Part shown: piece after piece, positions 51,901 through 64,000 of the stretch
How positions within the stretch are numbered: position 1 is the stretch's first letter
Layout of the letters: every line of letters begins with the position of its first letter
Assembly: GCA_964016885.1 (NCBI GenBank)
Contig: OZ024741.1
Coordinates: 367,288,001-367,352,000, forward strand
Length of the DNA: 64,000 bases
Direction of reading: 5' to 3'
From: Eledone cirrhosa
Lineage: Eukaryota
Made by a program: the position numbers and the translations under genes
Notes under the pieces: model-generated
The model's database searches: none
Seen by the model: the letters and a program-made list of their open reading frames with translations, nothing else
What the model was told of the DNA's origin: nothing

Positions 51901-54900
51901 GTATGTGTCTCTGTCTGTGTCTCTGTCTGTGTATCTGTCTGTGTATCTGTCTGTGTATCTGTATGTGTATCTGTATGTGTATCTGTCTGTGTATCTGTAT
52001 GTGTATCTGTCTGTGTATCTGTATGTGTATCTGTATGTGTATCTGTCTGTGTATCTGTCTGTGTATCTGTCTGTGTATCTGTCTGTGTATCTGTCTGTGT
52101 ATCTGTATGTGTATCTGTCTGTGTATCTGTCTGTGTATCTGTATGTGTATCTGTCTGTGTATCTGTATGTGTATCTGTCTGTGTCTCTGTCTGTGTATCT
52201 GTCTGTGTATCTGTATGTGTATCTGTCTGTGTCTGTGTATCTGTCTGTGTATCTGTCTGTGTATCTGTCTGTGTATCTGTATGTGTATCTGTCTGTGTAT
52301 CTGTCTGTGTATCTGTCTGTGTCTCTGTCTGTGTCTCTGTCTGTGTCTCTGTCTGTGTATCTGTCTGTGTTCCTGTCTGTGTATCTGTCTGTGTCTCTGT
52401 CTGTGTCTCTTTCTGTGTCTCTGTCTGTGTATTTGTATGTGTATCTGTCTGTGTATCTGTATGTGTATCTGTCTGTGTATCTGTCTGTGTATCTGTATGT
52501 GTATCTGTCTGTGTATCTGTCTGTGTATCTGTCTGTGTATCTGTCTGTGTATCTGTATGTGTATATGTATGTGTATCTGTCTGTGTATCTGTCTGTGTAT
52601 CTGTCTGTGTATCTCTCTGTGTTCCTGTATGTGTATCTGTCTGTGTATCTGTATGTGTATCTGTCTGTGTATCTGTCTGTGTATCTGTCTGTGTATCTGT
52701 ATTTGTATCTGTCTGTGTATCTGTATGTGTATCTGTATGTGTATCTGTATGTGTATCTGTCTGTTTATCTGTCTGTGTATCTGTCTGTGTATCTGCCTGT
52801 GTATCTGTCTGTGTATCTGTATGTGTATCTGTCTGTGTATCTGTATGTGTATCTGTCTGTGTATCTGTCTGTGTATCTGTATGTGTATCTGTCTGTGTAT
52901 CTGTATGTGTATCGGTATGTGTATCTGTATGTGTAACTGTATGTGTATCTGTCTGTGTATCTGTATGTGTATCTGTCTGTGTATCTGTCTGTGTATCTGC
53001 CTGTGTATCTGTCTGTGTATCTGTATGTGTGTCTGTCTGTGTATCTGTCTGTGTATCTGTCTGTGTATCTGTCTGTGTATCTGTATGTGTATCTGTATGT
53101 GTATCTGTATGTGTATCTGTATGTGTATCTGTCTGTGTATCTGTCTGTGTATCTGTCTGTGTTTCTGTCTGTGTATCTGTCTGTGTATCTGTCTGTGTAT
53201 CTGTCTGTGTATCTGTATGTGTATCTGTCTGTGTATCTGTCTGTGTATCTGTCTGTGTATCTGTCTGTGTATCTGTCTGTGTTTCTGTATGTGTATCTGT
53301 ATGTGTATCTGTCTGTGTATCTGTCTGTGTATCTGTCTGTGTATCTGTATGTGTATCTGTCTGTGTATCTGTATGTGTATCTGTCTGTGTTTCTGTATGT
53401 GTATCTGTCTGTGTATCTGTATGTGTATCTGTCTGTGTTTCTGTATGTGTATCTGTATGTGTATCTGTCTGTGTATCTGTATGTGTATCTGTCTGTGAAT
53501 CTGTATGTGTATCTGTATGTGTATCTGTCTGTGTATCTGTATGTGTATCTGTCTGTGTATCTGTATGTGTATCTGTCTGTGTATCTGTCTGTGTTTCTGT
53601 CTGTGTATCTGTATGTGTATCTGTATGTGTCTCTGTCTGTGTCTCTGTCTGTGTCTCTGTCTGTGTCTCTGTCTGTGTATCTGTATGTGTATCTGTCTGT
53701 GTATCTGTCTGTGTATCTGTCTGTGTATCTGTCTGTGTATCTGTCTGTGTATCTGTATGTGTATCTGTCTGTGTATCTGTCTGTGTATCGGTCTGTGTAT
53801 CTGTCTGTGTATCTGTCTGTGTATCTGTCTGTGTATCTGTATGTGTATCTGTCTGTGTCTGTGTATCTGTCTGTTTATCTGTCTGTGTATCTGTCTGTGT
53901 ATCTGTCTGTGTATCTGTATGTGTATCTGTATGTGTCTCTGTCTGTGTATCTTTCTGTGTTCCTGTATGTGTATCTGTCTGTGTATCTGTATGTGTATCT
54001 GTCTGTGTATCTGTCTGTGTATCTGTCTGTGTCTCTGTCTGTGTCTCTGTCTGTGTATCTTTATGTGTATCTGTATGTGTCTCTGTCTGTGTATCTGTCT
54101 GTGTCTCTGTCTGTGTATCTGTATGCGTATCTGTCTGTGTATCTGTCTTTGTATCTGTCTGTGTCTCTGTCTGTGTCTCTGTCTGTGTCTCTGTCTGTGT
54201 ATCTGTATGTGTATCTGTCTGTGTATCTGTCTGTGTATCTGTCTGTGTATCTGTATGTGTATCTGTCTGTGTATCTTTTTGTGTATCTGTATGTGTATCT
54301 GTCTGTGTATCTGTCTGTGTATCTGTCTGTGTATCTGTCTGTGTATCTGTCTGTGTATCTGTATGTGTATCTGTCTGTGTATCTGTCTGTGTATCTGTAT
54401 GTGTATCTGTCTGTGTATCTGTATGTGTATCTGTATGTGTATCTGTCTGTGTATCTGTCTGTGTCTCTGTCAGTGTATCTGTCTGTGTCTCTGTCTGTGT
54501 CTCTGTCCGTGTCTCTGTCTGTGTATTTGTATGTGTATCTGTCTGTGTATCTGTATGTGTATCTGTCTGTGTATCTGTCTGTGTTTCTGTATGTGTATAT
54601 GTATGTGTCTCTGTCTGTGTATCTGTATGTGTATCTGTCTGTGTATCTGTATGTGTATCTGTCTGTGTATCTGTATGTGTATCTGTCTGTGTATCCGTCT
54701 GTGTATCTGTCTGTGTATCTGTCTGTGTATCTGTCTGTGTATCTGTCTGTGTATCTGTCTGTGTATCTGTATGTGTATATGTATGTGTATCTGTCTGTGT
54801 TTCTGTATGTGTATCTGTCTGTGTATCTGTATGTGTATCTGTCTGTGTTCCTGTATGTGTATTTGTCTGTGTATCTGTATGTGTATCTGTCTGTGTATCT

Positions 54901-57900
54901 GTCTGTGTATCTGTCTGTGTATCTGTATGTGTCTCTCTCTGTGTATCTGTCTGTGTATCTGTCTGTGTATCTGTCTGTGTATCTGTCTGTGTATCTGTAT
55001 GTGTATCTGTCTGTGTTCCTGTATGTGTATCTGTATGTGTATCTGTATGTGTCTCTGTCTGTGTATCTGTCTGTGTATCTGTCTGTGTATCTGTATGTGT
55101 ATCTGTATGTGTATCTGTCTGTGTATCTGTATGTGTATCTGTCTGTGTATCTTTTTGTGTATCTGTATGTGTATCTGTCTGTGTATCTGTCTGTGTATCT
55201 GTCTGTGTATCTGTCTGTGTATCTGTCTGTGTATCTGTATGTGTATCTGTCTGTGTATCTGTCTGTGTATCTGTATGTGTATCTGTCTGTGTATCTGTAT
55301 GTGTATCTGTATGTGTATCTGTCTGTGTCTCTGTCTGTGTATCTGTCTGTGTATCTGTATGTGTATCTGTCTGTGTCTGTGTATCTGTCTGTGTATCTGT
55401 CTGTGTATCTGTCTGTGTATCTGTATGTGTATCTGTCTGTGTATCTGTCTGTGTATCTGTCTGTGTCTCTGTCTGTGTCTCTGTCTGTGTCTCTGTCTGT
55501 GTATCTGTCTGTGTTCCTGTCTGTGTATCTGTCTGTGTCTCTGTCTGTGTCTCTGTCTGTGTCTCTGTCTGTGTATTTGTATGTGTATCTGTCTGTGTAT
55601 CTGTATGTGTATCTGTCTGTGTATCTGTCTGTGTATCTGTATGTGTATATGTATGTGTCTCTGTCTGTGTATCTGTATGTGTATCTGTCTGTGTATTTGT
55701 ATGTGTATCTGTCTGTGTATCTGTATGTGTATCTGTCTGTGTATCTGTCTGTGTATCTGTCTGTGTATCTGTCTGTGTATCTGTCTGTGTATCTGTCTGT
55801 GTATCTGTCTGTGTATATGTATGCGTATCTGTCTGTGTATCTGTCTGTGTATCTGTCTGTGTATCTGTCTGTGTTCATGTATGTGTATCTGTCTGTGTAT
55901 CTGTATGTGTATCTGTCTGTGTATCTGTCTGTGTATCTGTCTGTGTATCTGTATGTGTATCTGTCTGTGTATCTGTATGTGTATCTGTATGTGTATCTGT
56001 ATGTGTATCTGTCTGTTTATCTGTCTGTGTATCTGTCTGTGTATCTGCCTGTGTATCTGTCTGTGTATCTGTATGTGTATCTGTCTGTGTATCTGTATGT
56101 GTATCTGTCTGTGTATCTGTCTGTGTATCTGTATGTGTATCTGTCTGTGTATCTGTCTGTGTATCTGTCTGTGTCTCTGTCTGTGTCTCTGTCTGTGTAT
56201 CTGTATGTGTATCTGTATGTGTATCTGTCAATGTATCTGTCTGTGTCTCTGTCTGTGTATCTGTATGTGTATCTGTCTGTGTATCTGTCTGTGTATCTGT
56301 CTGTGTCTCTGTCTGTGTCTCTGTCTGTGTCTCTGTCTGTGTCTCTGTCTGTGTCTCTGTCTGTGTATCTGTATGTGTATCTGTCTGTGTATCTGTCTGT
56401 GTATCTGTCTGTGTATCTGTATGTGTCTCTGTCTGTGTCTCTGGCTGTGTATCTGTCTTTGTATCTGTCTGTGTATCTGTATGTGTATCTGTATGTGTAT
56501 ATGTCTGTGTATCTGTATGTGTATCTGTCTGTGTATCTGTATGTGTATCTGTATGTGTATCTGTCTGTGTATCTGTCTGTGTATCTGTATGTGTATCTGT
56601 CTGTGTATCTGTCTGTGTATCTGTCTGTGTATCTGTATGTGTATCTGTCTGTGTATCTGTCTGTGTATCTGTATGTGTATCTGTCTGTGTATCTGTATGT
56701 GTATCTGTCTGTGTATCTGTCTGTGTCTCTGTCTGTGTCTCTGTCTGTGTATCTGTATGTGTATCTGTCTGTGTCTGTGTATCTGTCTGTGTATCTGTCT
56801 GTGTATCTGTCTGTGTATCTCTATGTGTATCTGTATGTGTCTCTGTCTGTGTCTCTGTCTGTGTATCTGTCTGTGTTCCTGTCTGTGTATCTGTCCGTGC
56901 CTCTGTCTGTGTCTCTGTCTGTGTCTCTGTCTGTGTATTTGTATGTGTATCTGTCTGTGTATCTGTATGTGTATCTGTCTGTGTATCTGTCTGTGTAGCT
57001 GTATGTGTATATGTATGTGTCTCTGTCTGTGTATCTGTATGTGTATCTGTCTGTGTATCTGTATGTGTATCTGTCTGTGTATCTGTATGTGTATCTGTCT
57101 GTGTATCTGTCTGTGTATCTGTCTGTGTATCTGTCTGTGTATCTGTCTCTGTATCTGTCTGTGTATCTGTCTGTGTATCTTTATGTGTATCTGTATGTGT
57201 ATCTGTCTGTGTATCTGTCTGTGTATCTGTCTGTGTTCCTGTATGTGTATCTGTCTGTGTATCTGTCTGTGTATCTGTCTGTGTATCTGTCTGTGTATCT
57301 GTCTGTGTATCTGTCTGTGTCTCTGTCTGTGTCTCTGTCTGTGTCTCTGTCTGTGTATCTGTATGTGTATCTGTCTGTGTATCTGTCTGTGCATCTGTCT
57401 GTGTATCTGTCTGTGTATCTGTATGTGTATCTGTCTGTGTATCTGTCTGTGTATCTGTCTGTGTATCTCTCTGTGTATCTCTCTGTGTATCTGTCTGTGT
57501 ATCTGTATGTGTATCTGTATGTGTATCTGTCTGTGTATCTGTCTGTGTATCTGTCTGTGTCTCTGTCTGTGTATCTCTCTGTGTATCTGTCTGTGTATCT
57601 GTCTGTGTATCTGTCTGTGTATCTGTCTGTGTATCTGTATGTGTATCTGTCTGTGTATCTGTCTGTGTATCTGTCTGTGTATCTGTCTGTGTATCTGTCT
57701 GTGTCTCTGTCTCTGTATCTGTATGTGTATCTGTATGTGTATCTGTCTGTGTATCTGTCTGTGTATCTGTATGTGTCTCTGTCTGTGTCTCTGTCTGTGT
57801 ATCTGTCTGTGTATCTGTCTGTGTATCTGTATGTGTATCTGTATGTGTATCTGTCTGTGTATCTGTATGTGTATCTGTCTGTGTATCTGTATGTGTATCT

Positions 57901-60900
57901 GTATGTGTATCTGTCTGTGTATCTGTCTGTGTATCTGTCTGTGTATCTGTCTGTGTATCTGTATGTGTATCTGTATGTGTATCTGTCTGTGTATCTGTCT
58001 GTGTATCTGTATGTGTATCTGTCTGTGTATCTGTATGTGTATCTGTCTGTGTCTCTGTCTGTGTATCTGTCTGTGTATCTGTATGTGTATCTGTCTGTGT
58101 CTGTGTATCTGTCTGTGTATCTGTCTGTGTATCTGTCTGTGTATCTGTATGTGTATCTGTCTGTGTATCTGTCTGTGTATCTGTCTGTGTCTCTGTCTGT
58201 GTCTCTGTCTGTGTCTCTGTCTGTGTATCTGTCTGTGTTCCTGTCTGTGTATCTGTCTGTGTCTCTGTCTGTGTCTCTTTCTGTGTCTCTGTCTGTGTAT
58301 TTGTATGTGTATCTGTCTGTGTATCTGTATGTGTATCTGTCTGTGTATCTGTCTGTGTATCTGTATGTGTATCTGTCTGTGTATCTGTCTGTGTATCTGT
58401 CTGTGTATCTGTCTGTGTATCTGTATGTGTATATGTATGTGTATCTGTCTGTGTATCTGTCTGTGTATCTGTCTGTGTATCTCTCTGTGTTCCTGTATGT
58501 GTATCTGTCTGTGTATCTGTATGTGTATCTGTCTGTGTATCTGTCTGTGTATCTGTCTGTGTATCTGTATGTGTATCTGTCTGTGTATCTGTATGTGTAT
58601 CTGTATGTGTATCTGTCTGTGTATCTGTATGTGTATCGGTATGTGCATCTGTATGTGTAACTGTATGTGTATCTGTCTGTGTATCTGTATGTGTATCTGT
58701 CTGTGTATCTGTATGTGTATCTGTCTGTGTATCTGTATGTGTGTCTGTCTGTGTATCTGTCTGTGTATCTGTCTGTGTATCTGTCTGTGTATCTGTATGT
58801 GTATCTGTATGTGTATCTGTATGTGTATCTGTATGTGTATCTGTCTGTGTATCTGTATGTGTATCTGTCTGTGTATCTGTCTGTGTGTCTGTCTGTGTCT
58901 CTGTCTGTGTCTGTATATCTGTCTGTGTATCTGTCTGTGTATCTGTCTGTGTATCTGTCTGTGTATCTGTCTGTGTTTCTGTCTGTGTATCTGTCTGTGT
59001 ATCTGTCTGTGTATCTGTCTGTGTATCTGTATGTGTATCTGTCTGTGTATCTGTCTGTGTATCTGTCTGTGTATCTGTCTGTGTATCTGTCTGTGTTTCT
59101 GTATGTGTATCTGTATGTGTATCTGTCTGTGTATCTGTCTGTGTATCTGTCTGTGTATCTGTATGTGTATCTGTCTGTGTATCTGTATGTGTATCTGTCT
59201 GTGTTTCTGTATGTGTATCTGTCTGTGTATCTGTATGTGTATCTGTCTGTGTTTCTGTATGTGTATCTGTATGTGTATCTGTCTGTGTATCTGTATGTGT
59301 ATCTGTCTGTGAATCTGTATGTGTATCTGTATGTGTATCTGTCTGTGTATCTGTATGTGTATCTGTCTGTGTATCTGTATGTGTATCTGTCTGTGTATCT
59401 GTCTGTGTTTCTGTCTGTGTATCTGTATGTGTATCTGTATGTGTCTCTGTCTGTGTCTCTGTCTGTGTCTCTGTCTGTGTCTCTGTCTGTGTATCTGTAT
59501 GTGTATCTGTCTGTGTATCTGTCTGTGTATCTGTCTGTGTATCTGTCTGTGTATCTGTCTGTGTATCTGTATGTGTATCTGTCTGTGTATCTGTCTGTGT
59601 ATCGGTCTGTGTATCTGTCTGTGTATCTGTCTGTGTATCTGTATGTGTATCTGTATGTGTATCTGTCTGTGTCTGTGTATCTGTCTGTTTATCTGTCTGT
59701 GTATCTGTCTGTGTATCTGTCTGTGTATCTGTATGTGTATCTGTATGTGTCTCTGTCTGTGTATCTTTCTGTGTTCCTGTATGTGTATCTGTCTGTGTAT
59801 CTGTATGTGTATCTGTCTGTGTATCTGTCTGTGTATCTGTCTGTGTCTCTGTCTGTGTCTCTGTCTGTGTATCTTTATGTGTATCTGTATGTATCTCTGT
59901 CTGTGTATCTGTCTGTGTCTCTGTCTGTGTATCTGTATGCGTATCTGTCTGTGTATCTGTCTTTGTATCTGTCTGTGTCTCTGTCTGTGTCTCTGTCTGT
60001 GTCTCTGTCTGTGTATCTGTATGTGTATCTGTCTGTGTATCTGTCTGTGTATCTGTCTGTGTCTCTGTCTCTGTATCTGTATGTGTATCTGTATGTGTAT
60101 CTGTCTGTGTATCTGTCTGTGTATCTGTATGTGTCTCTGTCTGTGTCTCTGTCTGTGTATCTGTCTGTGTATCTGTCTGTGTATCTGTCTGTGTATCTGT
60201 CTGTGTATCTGTCTGTGTATCTGTCTGTGTATCTGTATGTGTATCTGTCTGTGTATCTGTCTGTGTATCGGTCTGTGTATCTGTCTGTGTATCTGTCTGT
60301 GTATCTGTATGTGTATCTGTATGTGTATCTGTCTGTGTCTGTGTATCTGTCTGTGTTTCTGTATGTGTATCTGTATGTGTATCTGTCTGTGTATCTGTCT
60401 GTGTATCTGTCTGTGTATCTGTATGTGTATCTGTCTGTGTATCTGTATGTGTATCTGTCTGTGTTTCTGTATGTGTATCTGTCTGTGTATCTGTATGTGT
60501 ATCTGTCTGTGTTTCTGTATGTGTATCTGTATGTGTATCTGTATGTGTATCTGTATGTGTCTCTCTCTGTGTATCTGTCTGTGTATCTGTCTGTGTATCT
60601 GTCTGTGTATCTGTCTGTGTATCTGTATGTGTATCTGTCTGTGTTTCTGTATGTGTATCTGTATGTGTATCTGTATGTGTCTCTGTCTGTGTATCTGTCT
60701 GTGTATCTGTCTGTGTATCTGTATGTGTATCTGTATGTGTATCTGTCTGTGTATCTGTATGTGTATCTGTCTGTGTATCTTTTTGTGTATCTGTATGTGT
60801 ATCTGTCTGTGTATCTGTCTGTGTATCTGTCTGTGTATCTGTCTGTGTATCTGTCTGTGTATCTGTATGTGTATCTGTCTGTGTATCTGTCTGTGTATCT

Positions 60901-63900
60901 GTATGTGTATCTGTCTGTGTATCTGTATGTGTATCTGTATGTGTATCTGTCTGTGTATCTGTCTGTGTCTCTGTCAGTGTATCTGTCTGTGTCTCTGTCT
61001 GTGTCTCTGTCTGTGTCTCTGTCTGTGTATTTGTATGTGTATCTGTCTGTGTATCTGTATGTGTATCTGTCTGTGTATCTGTCTGTGTTTCTGTATGTGT
61101 ATATGTATGTGTCTCTGTCTGTGTATCTGTATGTGTATCTGTCTGTGTATCTGTATGTGTATCTGTCTGTGTATCTGTATGTGTATCTGTCTGTGTATCC
61201 GTCTGTGTATCTGTCTGTGTATCTGTCTGTGTATCTGTCTGTGTATCTGTCTGTGTATCTGTCTGTGTATCTGTATGTGTATATGTATGTGTATCTGTCT
61301 GTGTTTCTGTATGTGTATCTGTCTGTGTATCTGTATGTGTATCTGTCTGTGTTCCTGTATGTGTATTTGTCTGTGTATCTGTATGTGTATCTGTCTGTGT
61401 ATCTGTCTGTGTATCTGTCTGTGTATCTGTATGTGTCTCTCTCTGTGTATCTGTCTGTGTATCTGTCTGTGTATCTGTCTGTGTATCTGTCTGTGTATCT
61501 GTATGTGTATCTGTCTGTGTTCCTGTATGTGTATCTGTATGTGTATCTGTATGTGTCTCTGTCTGTGTATCTGTCTGTGTATCTGTCTGTGTATCTGTAT
61601 GTGTATCTGTATGTGTATCTGTCTGTGTATCTGTATGTGTATCTGTCTGTGTATCTTTTTGTGTATCTGTATGTGTATCTGTCTGTGTATCTGTCTGTGT
61701 ATCTGTCTGTGTATCTGTCTGTGTATCTGTCTGTGTATCTGTATGTGTATCTGTCTGTGTATCTGTCTGTGTATCTGTATGTGTATCTGTCTGTGTATCT
61801 GTATGTGTATCTGTATGTGTATCTGTCTGTGTATCTGTCTGTGTCTCTGTCAGTGTATCTGTCTGTGTCTCTGTCTGTGTCTCTGTCTGTGTCTCTGTCT
61901 CTGTATTTGTATGTGTATCTGTCTGTGTATCTGTATGTGTATCTGTCTGTGTATCTGTCTGTGTTTCTGTATGTGTATATGTATGTGTCTCTGTCTGTGT
62001 ATCTGTATGTGTATCTGTCTGTGTATCTGTATGTGTATCTGTCTGTGTATCTGTATGTGTCTCTGTCTGTGTATCTGTCTGTGTATCTGTCTGTGTATCT
62101 GTCTGTGTATCTGTCTGTGTATCTGTATGTGTATCTGTCTGTGTTTCTGTATGTGTATCTGTATGTGTATCTGTATGTGTCTCTGTCTGTGTATCTGTCT
62201 GTGTATCTGTCTGTGTATCTGTATGTGTATCTGTATGTGTATCTGTCTGTGTATCTGTATGTGTATCTGTCTGTGTATCTTTTTGTGTATCTGTATGTGT
62301 ATCTGTCTGTGTATCTGTCTGTGTATCTGTCTGTGTATCTGTCTGTGTATCTGTCTGTGTATCTGTATGTGTATCTGTCTGTGTATCTGTCTGTGTATCT
62401 GTATGTGTATCTGTCTGTGTATCTGTATGTGTATCTGTATGTGTATCTGTCTGTGTATCTGTCTGTGTCTCTGTCAGTGTATCTGTCTGTGTCTCTGTCT
62501 GTGTCTCTGTCTGTGTCTCTGTCTGTGTATTTGTATGTGTATCTGTCTGTGTATCTGTATGTGTATCTGTCTGTGTATCTGTCTGTGTTTCTGTATGTGT
62601 ATATGTATGTGTCTCTGTCTGTGTATCTGTATGTGTATCTGTCTGTGTATCTGTATGTGTATCTGTCTGTGTATCTGTATGTGTATCTGTCTGTGTATCC
62701 GTCTGTGTATCTGTCTGTGTATCTGTCTGTGTATCTGTCTGTGTATCTGTCTGTGTATCTGTCTGTGTATCTGTATGTGTATATGTATGTGTATCTGTCT
62801 GTGTTTCTGTATGTGTATCTGTCTGTGTATCTGTATGTGTATCTGTCTGTGTTCCTGTATGTGTATCTGTCTGTGTATCTGTATGTGTATCTGTCTGTGT
62901 ATCTGTCTGTGTATCTGTCTGTGTATCTGTATGTGTCTCTGTCTGTGTATCTGTCTGTGTATCTGTCTGTGTATCTGTCTGTGTATCTGTCTGTGTATCT
63001 GTATGTGTATCTGTCTGTGTTCCTGTATGTGTATCTGTATGTGTATCTGTATGTGTCTCTGTCTGTGTATCTGTCTGTGTATCTGTCTGTGTATCTGTAT
63101 GTGTATCTGTCTGTGTATCTGTCTGTGTATCTGTATGTGTATCTGTCTGTGTATCTGTATGTGTATCTGTCTGTGAATCTGTATGTGTATCTGTATGTGT
63201 ATCTGTCTGTGTATCTGTATGTGTATCTGTCTGTGTATCTGTCTTTGTATCTGTCTGTGTCTCTGTCTGTGTATCTGTATGTGTATCTGTCTGTGTATCT
63301 GTCTTTGTATCTGTCTGTGTCTCTGTCTGTGTCTCTGTCTGTGTCTCTGTCTGTGTATCTGTATGTGTATCTGTCTGTGTATCTGTCTGTGTATCTGTCT
63401 GTGTCTCTGTCTCTGTATCTGTATGTGTATCTGTATGTGTATCTGTCTGTGTATCTGTCTGTGTATCTGTATGTGTCTCTGTCTGTGTCTCTGTCTGTGT
63501 ATCTGTCTGTGTATCTGTCTGTGTATCTGTATGTGTATCTGTATGTGTATCTGTCTGTGTATCTGTATGTGTATCTGTCTGTGTATCTTTTTGTGTATCT
63601 GTATGTGTATCTGTCTGTGTATCTGTCTGTGTATCTGTCTGTGTATCTGTCTCTGTATCTGTCTGTGTATCTGTATGTGTATCTGTCTGTGTATCTGTCT
63701 GTGTATCTGTATGTGTATCTGTCTGTGTATCTGTATGTGTATCTGTATGTGTATCTGTCTGTGTATCTGTCTGTGTCTCTGTCTGTGTATCTGTCTGTGT
63801 CTCTGTCTGTGTCTCTGTCTGTGTCTCTGTCTGTGTATTTGTATGTGTATCTGTCTGTGTATCTGTATGTGTATCTGTCTGTGTATCTGTCTGTGTTTCT

Positions 63901-64000
63901 GTATGTGTATATGTATGTGTCTCTGTCTGTGTATCTGTATGTGTATCTGTCTGTGTATCTGTATGTGTATCTGTCTGTGTATCTGTATGTGTATCTGTCT
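21953..64000 (+). repeat. Satellite array of 12-bp monomer TGTGTATCTGT(C/A), ~3500 copies, continuing past the window end
   Basis: Uninterrupted tandem array with variants TGTGTCTCTGTC, TGTGTTTCTGTA and TGTGTTCCTGTA, plus 6-bp half-units. No TE insertion or strand switch seen. Confidence 0.99.

Noticed and set aside
21914-63176. Giant ORFs (up to ~2700 aa) of [20 protein letters not shown] and YTDR repeats
   Set aside because: The 12-mer has no stop codon in any of the six frames, so long ORFs are automatic. There is no unique domain, no preferred frame, and stops fall at random variants.
21953-64000. CRISPR-like array or information-bearing code in the C/A pattern
   Set aside because: There are no unique spacers, and the variant patterns are explained by block duplication.

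Overview
Gene-free eukaryotic repeat region. The SINE types and the microsatellite load suggest an invertebrate, probably a coleoid cephalopod such as Octopus (inference). The first ~21.6 kb is a transposon patchwork. It holds several Penelope-like retroelements (PLEs; RT + C-terminal GIY-YIG endonuclease), including a 5.2-kb near-perfect head-to-head palindrome (1516-6731) of one young 5'-truncated PLE. It also holds three well-formed and several degenerate hammerhead ribozyme motifs, two non-autonomous Helitrons, an hAT MITE with an 8-bp TSD, a decayed mariner, two RTE-LINE 3' fragments and several tRNA-derived SINEs. A chain of three hairpins with flip/flop apices (21386-21531) lies just before a >42-kb satellite of the 12-mer TGTGTATCTGT(C/A), which runs to the window end and has nested kb-scale higher-order duplications. 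All giant ORFs in the satellite are artefacts of a stop-free monomer. No host protein-coding gene, rRNA, intact tRNA or CRISPR array is supported.
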